Source: Solirubrobacteraceae bacterium
Lineage (GTDB): Bacteria > Actinomycetota > Thermoleophilia > Solirubrobacterales > Solirubrobacteraceae
DNA length: 64,000 bases
Assembly (NCBI GenBank): GCA_035524415.1
Contig: DATKOY010000178.1
Span: forward strand, 7,204-71,203
Direction of reading: 5' to 3'
Shown here: positions 52,412 to 60,248 of the stretch, one piece after another
Position numbering within the stretch: the stretch's first letter is position 1
How the letters are laid out: every line of letters begins with the position of its first letter
The notes under the pieces: generated by a model
Seen by the model: the letters and a program-made list of their open reading frames with translations, nothing else
What the model was told of the DNA's origin: nothing
Databases searched by the model: none
Program-made: the position numbers and the translations under genes

Positions 52412-52529
52412 TCGCCCCCCAGTATCATCGGCCGCCGCTGGTGCCGCATCTGCGCGATCCAGGATGGACCCGGTTACGGCGACGACCGGCTCCCGGTCGC
52501 CGGCCGAGCGCCGGCTGAAGTCACTGCTC

Positions 52530-53402
52530 ATGCATGATCCGATCTCATACTTTCAGGGCGTCGTGATTGGGCTCGCCCAGGGCGTGTCCGAGCTGTTCCC
52601 GATCTCGAGCCTAGGCCATGCCGTCGTCATGCCTCGGCTGTTCGGCTGGGACATCCACCAGAACGACAAGTTCTTCATCGCGTTCCTGGTCGCCGTGCAC
52701 CTCGCGACCGCGATCGTGCTGCTCGGGTTCTTCTGGCGCGACTGGGTGCGGATCGCGAAAGGCCTGTGGCGCTCGCTGCAGAACCGCGAGATCGGCGATG
52801 ACGCGGACGCCCGGCTCGGCTGGCTGCTCGTCGTCGGCACGATCCCGGCAGGGATCCTCGGGCTCGCACTCGATAGCCCGTTGCGCAGCGTGTTCGCGTC
52901 GGCGCAGTCGGCGGCGATCTTCATCTTCATCAACGGCCTGCTGCTGTTCGCGTTCGAGCACCTGCGCCGCCGCGCGCCGGGCGAGCGCGAAACCGATCCC
53001 GACGAAGACCGGCGGATCGCGCACCGGGTGTCCTGGCGCCAGGCGGCCGTCGTCGGCGGCGCCCAGTCGCTGGCCCTGATTCCCGGCATCTCCCGGTCGG
53101 GCATCACGATGGGCGGCGGCCTGATCTCGGGCCTCAACAACCGCGACGCGGCCCGCTTCGGGTTCCTGCTCGCCACCCCGATCATCTTCGCCGCGGCGGC
53201 ACTGAAGCTGCCGGAGCTGCTCGGCAAGGAGGGCGACGGCGTGCGCGGCCCAGCGCTCGTCGCGGCGCTCTGCGCGGCCCTCAGCGCCTATCTCTCCGTC
53301 CGCTTCCTGATGCGCTACTTCGAGACCAACCGGCTCACGCCCTTCGCGATCTACTGCTGCGTGGTCGGCGCGGCGCTGTCGATCGGCTTCGCCGTTACCT
53401 GA
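52530..53402 (+). CDS. uppP: Undecaprenyl-diphosphate phosphatase (BacA)
   Basis: QGVSELFPISSLGH, PGISRSG. Confidence 0.93.
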   Translation: MHDPISYFQGVVIGLAQGVSELFPISSLGHAVVMPRLFGWDIHQNDKFFIAFLVAVHLATAIVLLGFFWRDWVRIAKGLWRSLQNREIGDDADARLGWLLVVGTIPAGILGLALDSPLRSVFASAQSAAIFIFINGLLLFAFEHLRRRAPGERETDPDEDRRIAHRVSWRQAAVVGGAQSLALIPGISRSGITMGGGLISGLNNRDAARFGFLLATPIIFAAAALKLPELLGKEGDGVRGPALVAALCAALSAYLSVRFLMRYFETNRLTPFAIYCCVVGAALSIGFAVT

Positions 53403-53414
53403 CGGAGGTCACCA

Positions 53415-53660
53415 ATGAAGCATCGGAACCTGATCATCCCCGCCGTGATCCTCGGGATCGTGCTGATCGTGATCGCGATCATCTACTGGGTGTCCCCCGC
53501 GAGCAGTCTCCCGAGCTTCTTCCCAGGCCACCAGGCGGGGTCGAGCACCCACCACGTCAAGCACGGCATCGCGGCGTTCCTGCTCGGGCTCGCCTGCCTG
53601 GTGTTCGCGTGGTTCCAGACCGGGCCGGCGGGCGGCAAGACCAGCACGTCGGGCACCTGA
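53415..53660 (+). CDS. Small 2-TM membrane protein
   Basis: RBS GGAGGT; LPSFFPGH...HHVKHG loop between two TMs. Confidence 0.75.
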   Translation: MKHRNLIIPAVILGIVLIVIAIIYWVSPASSLPSFFPGHQAGSSTHHVKHGIAAFLLGLACLVFAWFQTGPAGGKTSTSGT

Positions 53661-53704
53661 TCGACATCGTTCAGGCGCTGCCTCGAGGGCGGGCTCATTG
53701 CCGC

Positions 53705-54065
53705 GCCGGGATGCGGTTCGGAGTGCTGTCGGCTGGCGCCGACCAGGAGCCTTCGGCCCGGCCTGGGTGGGAGATTTGCCTGGTATGTGGCCGGGGATGG
53801 GGTGGTGGGACCCGCGGACGCGGCACAACGTGAAAAAGCTCCCCGGCGTCACGAGGATTTGCCGCATAAGCACCGTGGCGGTGCCTTTCGTGAAAACCGT
53901 CGAACCCCAGCGCGGACTTTTTCACGTTATGCACGGGCCCGCCGGGGTGCACCGCACCCACCCCTTCGATAGCGCCGTTTCCGAGCAGACCTCCCACCAA
54001 GGCCTGGCCGAAGGCCCCTACTCGGCGCCAGCCGAGCGCACCCGGACCGCCCGAACCGCACCGCG
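53705..54065. repeat. Copy 2 (complete) of nested-palindrome element; core 53823-53932
   Basis: Inverted arms ~53729-53772 / 53991-54035, inner IR GCACAACGTGAAAAAG / CTTTTTCACGTTATGC, central hairpin GCACCG-TGG-CGGTGC. Confidence 0.85.
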
Positions 54066-54086
54066 GCGGCAGGCTCGCACGAGCCC

Positions 54087-55586
54087 CTATCCCGTGACGA
54101 CGATCGACGCCCCGCCCCGCCGCGGATCGCCGCCGCCCCAGAAGCCACCCGCGGCGTCCCGCTCCACCGCCTGGACCCCCCCGAAGAACAGGTTGCGCTC
54201 GCGGAAGCGCCCGATCGCCCGGCCCGACGACTCCAGCGCGGAGGTGTCAATCCCCGGCTCGGCGTAGACGACGCCGTCCTCGAAGTGCACGCGCGGCGCC
54301 TGGACCGCGTCGCCGGCCCGCAGGCCGTTGTCGAGCACCCGGATGACCGTCTGCAGGATCGCCGAGCGGATCCGGCTGGAGCCGGCGCTCCCGAGGACGA
54401 GCTCTGGGCGCTCGTCGCGGAGCACGATCGTGGGGGCCATCATGCTCGGCATCCGGCGGCCGGCCGGGTGTCGGTGAAACCCGAGCGGGTTGAGGTCCAG
54501 CTCGCCGAGCATGTTGTTGAGGTGCACGCCCGTGCCGGGCACGACGACGCCCGAGCACGACCCGTTCGAACAGGTGACCGAGCAGGCCCAGCCGTCGCGG
54601 TCGAGCACCGCGATATGCGTCGTGGACCCGAGCGACGGGCCACCGCGGCCCCGCAGGAACCGCTCGACGAACGCGGGATCGTCAAGCCCCTCGAGGAACT
54701 CCGGGGTCCGCTCGTTCTGCGTCACCTCCATCACCTCGACGATCCGCTCGTTGTCCGGCGGGCCGGCATCGGCATCGAGCAGCGACAGCGCCCGCGCGAT
54801 CAGGATCCCGCCCGCCGACGGTGGCGGATTCGTGACGACCTGGCGGCCGCGGTAGACCGCCCTCACCGGCTCACGATCGATCACCGCATACGCCGCCAGA
54901 TCGGCGGCGGTGAGGATCCCGCCGCGCGTGCTGACCCAGTCGACGATCGCCGCGGCGATGTCGCCCGTGTAGAACGGCGCCGCCCCCTCGGCGCCCAACC
55001 GCGCGAGGGCATCGGCGAGCTCGGGCTGCCGGACCGTCTCACCCGCCCCCACCAGCCGCCCGGACGGAGCGAACAGCGCCGCGCACTCGGGCGTGGCGGT
55101 GACGATGTCGCCGAGGATCTTGACGACGTACGCCTGCTGGACGTTGAGCGCCACGCCGCCGCGCGCGAGCGCGATCGCCGGCTCGACGAGCCGCGCCAGC
55201 GGCATCCGCCCGAATCGCTCGGCGGCGGCGCACAGCCCCGCCGGTAGCCCGTACGTCCCAACCGACGCCGCGCCGATGTTGAACACCTGGATCGCGTCTC
55301 CGAACGAGACGCTGATCGGCACGAGCTCCGCGCGCGCGGAGTGGTCGGCGCCGCGCCCGGACGCCTCGACGAAGAAGTCGAGGAGCACCGGCTCCGCGCC
55401 GGGCTCGACGACGAGCATGTAGCCGCCGGCGCCGAGACCGGTGAGCAGCGGCTCGCACGCGAACGATGCGAGCATCGCGCCGATCGCAGCATCGACCGCG
55501 TTGCCGCCGTCGCGCAGGACGTCCGCGCCGACCCGGGCCGTGACCGGGTGGCCGGCGGCGATCACGCCGAGCTGCAGCTCGGCCAT
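54087..55586 (-). CDS. ggt: Gamma-glutamyltransferase family protein
   Basis: GGNAVDAA, GLGAGG, STTHI (Thr nucleophile), LNNMLG, PSMMAP, GGDPRRGG. Confidence 0.9.
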   Translation of the reverse strand: MAELQLGVIAAGHPVTARVGADVLRDGGNAVDAAIGAMLASFACEPLLTGLGAGGYMLVVEPGAEPVLLDFFVEASGRGADHSARAELVPISVSFGDAIQVFNIGAASVGTYGLPAGLCAAAERFGRMPLARLVEPAIALARGGVALNVQQAYVVKILGDIVTATPECAALFAPSGRLVGAGETVRQPELADALARLGAEGAAPFYTGDIAAAIVDWVSTRGGILTAADLAAYAVIDREPVRAVYRGRQVVTNPPPSAGGILIARALSLLDADAGPPDNERIVEVMEVTQNERTPEFLEGLDDPAFVERFLRGRGGPSLGSTTHIAVLDRDGWACSVTCSNGSCSGVVVPGTGVHLNNMLGELDLNPLGFHRHPAGRRMPSMMAPTIVLRDERPELVLGSAGSSRIRSAILQTVIRVLDNGLRAGDAVQAPRVHFEDGVVYAEPGIDTSALESSGRAIGRFRERNLFFGGVQAVERDAAGGFWGGGDPRRGGASIVVTG

Positions 55587-55594
55587 GGCCCGGC

Positions 55595-57157
55595 CTATCT
55601 CCTGGGAATGAATTCCGGCACGTCGAGCTCGGCGGGCGCGACGGGTGACCGGCGTACCCGGGTCACCCGTGGCTCGCCGCGCGGCTCGCGGATCGCGTGC
55701 CGGTCGTGCGTCCCATTGGCCACCGCCGCGCTCTGCGCACGCTCACGCGACGGCCGCTGTCCGTTCCCATACCCGGTCGCGACCACCGTCACCCACACCT
55801 GGTCGTCGAGTTTGTCGTCGACCATCGCGCCGAAGATGATGTTGGCATCAGGATGCGCAGCCTCGGCGACCGCCTTCGCGGCCTCGTTGACCTCCCACAG
55901 GGACAGGTCGCGACCGCCGGTGATCGACAGCAAGATCGACCGCGCGCCCTCCATGCTCGTCTCCAGCAGCGGTGAGGCCACGGCCTTCTCGGCCGCGTCG
56001 ATCGCCCGCCGCTCGCCGGTGCCCATCCCGATCCCGAGCAGCGCGTTGCCGGCCTCGGACATGATCGTGCGCACGTCGGCGAAATCGAGGTTGATCAGGC
56101 CCGGCAGCGTGACGAGATCCGAGATGCCCTGGACGCCCTGGCGCAGCACATCGTCGGCCACGCGGAACGCGTCGACCATCGAGGTGTTGCGGTCGAGCAC
56201 CGACAACAGCCGGTTGTTCGGGACGACGATCAGCGTGTCGACCTCGGCCGCGAGCGCGTCGATGCCCGCCTCGGCCTGGTCGCGCCGGCGCGTGCCTTCG
56301 AACTGGAACGGGCGGGTCACGATGCCCACCGTCAGCGCACCCAGCTCGCGCGAGATCTGGGCGACGATCGGCGCCGCCCCGGTGCCCGTGCCGCCACCGG
56401 CGCCGGCCGCGATGAACACCATGTCGGAGCCCCGCAGCATCGCCTTGATGCGGTCGTACTCGTCGCGCGCCGCCTGGCGGCCGAGATCCGGGTTGGAACC
56501 CGAGCCGAGCCCGCGGGTGATCGCGTCGCCGATGTGCAGCGTCTCGTGGGCGGCGGACTGCTGCAGCGACTGCAGGTCGGTGTTGATCGCGAGGAACTCG
56601 ACCCCCTCGATCTCGGCCTCGACCATCCGGTTGATCGCGTTGACGCCGGCGCCACCGACGCCAACCACGCGCAGCACCGGCGTGCCAACATGGATCGCCG
56701 GCGCGAACGACTCGCGCTCGGCGCGCGCGTAGACATCGGGCTCGGGCTCCGGCTCGGGCGGGCGAGGCTCGGCGGGCCGGTCCATGAAGTTCTCCGGGAT
56801 GTCGGCCGAGAAGGCGTGCCGCAGGCGCTCCTGCGGCGTCGGGATCCGCCGTTCAGGGGCCGGGGGCGGCTCCGCCGCCACCACTGGCTCCGCCGCGACG
56901 ACGGGCTCCGCCGCCATGACTGGCTCCGCCGCCACCACTGGCTCGGGCTCCGCGGCGGGCGCGTCGACCTTCGCTGCCGGAGCCCGGAGCGACGGGTGGG
57001 GAACCATCTCCGCGCCGGCGGTGGGCGCCGCCTCCGCGCCGGTGGTGGCAGCAGCCTCCGGATCGGTGGACCCTGGACCGGCGGTGTCCTCGGCCGTCTT
57101 GCGAAAGAGAGCCGCGAGCGGGCCCTCGCGCATGCTCGCGCGCTTACCGGTTGGCAT
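55595..57157 (-). CDS. ftsZ: Cell division protein FtsZ with long N-terminal extension
   Basis: VGVGGAGVNA, GGGTGTG, NLDFAD, C-terminal LDVPEF; ATG 57157 after AAGGAGGT. Confidence 0.95.
   Translation of the reverse strand: MPTGKRASMREGPLAALFRKTAEDTAGPGSTDPEAAATTGAEAAPTAGAEMVPHPSLRAPAAKVDAPAAEPEPVVAAEPVMAAEPVVAAEPVVAAEPPPAPERRIPTPQERLRHAFSADIPENFMDRPAEPRPPEPEPEPDVYARAERESFAPAIHVGTPVLRVVGVGGAGVNAINRMVEAEIEGVEFLAINTDLQSLQQSAAHETLHIGDAITRGLGSGSNPDLGRQAARDEYDRIKAMLRGSDMVFIAAGAGGGTGTGAAPIVAQISRELGALTVGIVTRPFQFEGTRRRDQAEAGIDALAAEVDTLIVVPNNRLLSVLDRNTSMVDAFRVADDVLRQGVQGISDLVTLPGLINLDFADVRTIMSEAGNALLGIGMGTGERRAIDAAEKAVASPLLETSMEGARSILLSITGGRDLSLWEVNEAAKAVAEAAHPDANIIFGAMVDDKLDDQVWVTVVATGYGNGQRPSRERAQSAAVANGTHDRHAIREPRGEPRVTRVRRSPVAPAELDVPEFIPRR
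56868..56944 (-). repeat. ~4 x 18-bp in-frame tandem repeat (EPVVAA) in ftsZ extension
   Basis: GGCTCCGCCGCCACCACT-like units seen directly. Confidence 0.85.
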
Positions 57158-57911
57158 TTGAGAGAACCTCCTTCGCAAGCTGCCTGTAGGCGTGTGCTGC
57201 CACCCCGTCCGGATCGTACTTCAGCACCGACATGCCTTTCACGGGTGCCTCGGCAAAACGCACCGTTTTGCGGATTCGCGACGCAAACACGCGATCGCCG
57301 AAGTTCTCCTCGAGCAGCTCGATCGCCTCCTTGGCATGCAGCGTCCGTGTATCCACGAGGGTGGGGAGGATGCCTTCGATGTCGACGTCCGGGTTCAGGT
57401 TCTCGCGGATCATCGCCAGCGTGTTCTGGAGCTGGATGAGTCCGCGCATCGACAGATATTCGCATTGGACGGGGACGATCACTTTGTCGGCGGCCGTGAG
57501 CGCGTTGATCGTCAGCAGCCCGAGGCTCGGCGGCGTGTCGATGAAGACGAAGTCGTAGTCCACCGCGACCGCGCTCAGGGCCTTCTCGAGCGAACGCTCG
57601 CGGCCGATCATCGTCGACATCGCGATCTCGGCGCCGGCGAGGTCGATCGACGCGCACGCGACGTCGACCTCGCGCGGGCGGATCACATCACGGATCGGGA
57701 TGTGGTGGACGAGGACGTCGTACATCGACTTCTCGAGCGCGTCCGGATCGATGCCCTGCGACATCGTCAGGTTGCCCTGCGGGTCCATGTCGACGCACAG
57801 CACGCGGTGACCCTCCTCGGCGAAGGCCACGGCGAGATTGAGCGTGGTCGTTGTCTTGGCGACGCCACCTTTCTGGTTGGCGAACGCGATCACCTTGGCG
57901 ATGGCCGTCAC
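57144..57911 (-). CDS. ParA/Soj family ATPase
   Basis: NQKGGVAKTTT, DMDPQGN, DTPPSLG, PVQCE, FAEAP. Confidence 0.93.
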   Translation of the reverse strand: MTAIAKVIAFANQKGGVAKTTTTLNLAVAFAEEGHRVLCVDMDPQGNLTMSQGIDPDALEKSMYDVLVHHIPIRDVIRPREVDVACASIDLAGAEIAMSTMIGRERSLEKALSAVAVDYDFVFIDTPPSLGLLTINALTAADKVIVPVQCEYLSMRGLIQLQNTLAMIRENLNPDVDIEGILPTLVDTRTLHAKEAIELLEENFGDRVFASRIRKTVRFAEAPVKGMSVLKYDPDGVAAHAYRQLAKEVLSNANR

Positions 57912-58027
57912 GGGACTCTCCGATGCGTCGGTGGACTCATACGCGCCTGTATTCGCAGGCGGTACGGGGAATCCTGCAATGCGCCCCCCGCCACACGCGG
58001 CGCCCGGCCGCAGTATGTTCAGGGGCT

Positions 58028-58972
58028 GTGTCCGACCTGTTCGAACGCCGTCTGATCTTCGTCACCGGCAAGGGCGGCGTCGGCAAATCGACCGTGGCCA
58101 CGACGCTCGGCCTGCTCGCTGCCCGACGGGGCCTGCGGACGATCGTCGCCGAGCTCGCGTCCCAGGAGCGCGTCCAGCGTACGTTTGCGCACGAGGGCGA
58201 GCTGTTCACGGAGGTCGAGCTCGCGCCGGGGCTGTTCACGATCTCGATCGACCCCCAACACGCGATGGAGGAGTACCTGCGGGTCAAGGTCGGCCCGCTC
58301 GGCCACGCGCTCAGCATGAGCAGGCTGTTTCACGCGTTCGCGATGGCGACCCCCGGCATGCGCGAACTGCTGAGCATCGGCAAGGTCTGGGAGCTCGCGC
58401 AGCTCCAGCGCCAGACGCGCGGGGCGGCGCCGTACGACTTCGTCGTCGTCGACGCGCCCGCGACCGGCCACGGCGTCGGGATCCTCAAGACGCCGCGGAC
58501 ATTCGCCGAGATCGCGCGCGTCGGACCGATCGCGCGCCAGGGACGGCGGATCGCCGAGACGATCGCCGACCACGAGTTCACCGGCATCGTCGCGGTCGCG
58601 ACGCCCGAGGAGATGGCGATCAACGAGACGCTCGCGCTGAGCGAGGCGCTCGCGGAAGATCAGCTCCAGCTCGACCTCGCGGTCGTCAACGCCCTGTACC
58701 CGGCGCGGTTCGACGCCGACGAGGCGGAGGAGTTGGCAGCTGCGCTGCCAAAAACACGCTCCCGCGCCGCGCGCTCGGCACTCGGTGCGGCGATGTCCGA
58801 GCGCTCGCGCGCGTTGACGCAGCGCGAGCAGGTGCAGCGGCTGCGCGACGGGCTGGCCGCGCCGCTCGTCGAGCTCCCGTACGTCTTCGCCGACCACATC
58901 GGCCCGGACGAGCTCGAGCTGCTCACCGACCAGCTCGAGGCCGTCCTGCGGGCGCCGAACCTCATCGGCTGA
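58028..58972 (+). CDS. ArsA/Get3-related P-loop ATPase (Rv3679-like)
   Basis: VTGKGGVGKST, PGMRELLSIGK, DAPATGH, PEEMAINET. Confidence 0.85.
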   Translation: MSDLFERRLIFVTGKGGVGKSTVATTLGLLAARRGLRTIVAELASQERVQRTFAHEGELFTEVELAPGLFTISIDPQHAMEEYLRVKVGPLGHALSMSRLFHAFAMATPGMRELLSIGKVWELAQLQRQTRGAAPYDFVVVDAPATGHGVGILKTPRTFAEIARVGPIARQGRRIAETIADHEFTGIVAVATPEEMAINETLALSEALAEDQLQLDLAVVNALYPARFDADEAEELAAALPKTRSRAARSALGAAMSERSRALTQREQVQRLRDGLAAPLVELPYVFADHIGPDELELLTDQLEAVLRAPNLIG

Positions 58973-60248
58973 GCAGCACGGCGCCGGGGCCGGCGCGCAG
59001 GCCTGACTCGATCGCACCGTCGATGAACCCGGCCCAGCCGTCCGCGAGATCGGAACCGGCGAGCAGCACGCGCCCTTCGGGCCGGCGCATCTCCGCGTGG
59101 TGATGCTCGTACCAGCCCGGACGATGGATTGCCCATGTGCCGCGCGAGAACTCGTCGGCCAGCCAATCGTGCGCGGTCGCATCGATCAGCTGATAGCCGG
59201 GCAGGATCTCGTCGAGCTCGAGCTGGAGCGAGTGGCGGTCCGCCGCGTCACAGCGCTGGGCGTCGATCCCGAATCCGATCAGCAGCTGCGTTCCGTCGTC
59301 GAGCAACTCCTCGGTGTCGAGGTATCCGAACGGATGCCGGGGCCGGATCGCGTTCTGCAGGACCGACTCGCCGCGCGCGTGAAGGAAGATCTTGATCCCG
59401 CGCGAGGCCTGCCCGAGCGCGATCGCCTGCCGCTTGCCTTCGGACAGGGCCGGTTCGAACTCGATCGCGCCGAGCGCGTTGAGCGGGACCGCCACGACCG
59501 CGGCACGGCCGATGTACGCGTCACCCCCGCGCGTCTCGATCTCGACGCGGCCGGCCCGCTGCACGACCCGCGACACAGGCGCCTCGAGCCGCCGCTCGAA
59601 CGCGGCGCCGCGCGCGATCGCGTCGAGCAGCGCGCCGGTCCCGCGTCGCAGCGTGATCCGCCCGCCGGTGAACTGCGTCAGCTCGAGGCTGTAGCCGGAC
59701 AGCCCGTGCCAGCGCAGGACCGACACCGCGCCCGCGTCCGACAGCGGCGCGTGGGCCAGCGACTCGAGCTCCGCGGCGAGCACGTCGCGTTCCTCCTCGG
59801 AGAGCGACAGCTCGCGCAGGCGCTCAGCGATCGTGAGCCGGTCAAAGCGCGCGAGCGCGTCGCGCGCGTAGAGGGGCTCGTACGGCAACGGCAGCGCCTC
59901 GCGAACGCCGTCCACGAACTTGTCCCAGCCGCGCCGCGCGATCGCATCCCGCTCGGCGATCGTGCCGCTGCGTCGCTGTCCCGCCACATACCAGCCGGCG
60001 CGCTGTGCGTCCGCGCTCAGCTCGACCTCGAGCCCAGCTCGGGTGATCTCCGACCACGTGTGCGGCTGGTGCCAGTGCACCCAGCCGCCTCCGTATTCGA
60101 TCACGGAGCCGTTCCACGGGGCCGTCCACGTGCGCCCGCCGAGCCGGTCGCGCGCCTCCATCAGCAGCACCGAGCAGCCACGCACCGCCGCCTCGCGAGC
60201 CGCGGTGACACCGGCGAAGCCGCCCCCGACGACGATTACGTCGTACAC
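58962..60248 (-). CDS. Flavin monoamine oxidase family protein
   Basis: DVIVVGGGFAG, EARDRLGGRTW, GGGWVHW.QPH.W.E, GFIDGAIESG. Confidence 0.9.
   Translation of the reverse strand: MYDVIVVGGGFAGVTAAREAAVRGCSVLLMEARDRLGGRTWTAPWNGSVIEYGGGWVHWHQPHTWSEITRAGLEVELSADAQRAGWYVAGQRRSGTIAERDAIARRGWDKFVDGVREALPLPYEPLYARDALARFDRLTIAERLRELSLSEEERDVLAAELESLAHAPLSDAGAVSVLRWHGLSGYSLELTQFTGGRITLRRGTGALLDAIARGAAFERRLEAPVSRVVQRAGRVEIETRGGDAYIGRAAVVAVPLNALGAIEFEPALSEGKRQAIALGQASRGIKIFLHARGESVLQNAIRPRHPFGYLDTEELLDDGTQLLIGFGIDAQRCDAADRHSLQLELDEILPGYQLIDATAHDWLADEFSRGTWAIHRPGWYEHHHAEMRRPEGRVLLAGSDLADGWAGFIDGAIESGLRAGPGAVLLSR

Noticed and set aside
51632-52537. 301-aa intact CheW fusion
   Set aside because: The C-terminal two-thirds is low-complexity antisense read-through of the lipoprotein gene
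56868-56944. Short repeats here and at 47066-47135 as CRISPR arrays
   Set aside because: In-frame coding tandem repeats without unique spacers or cas genes
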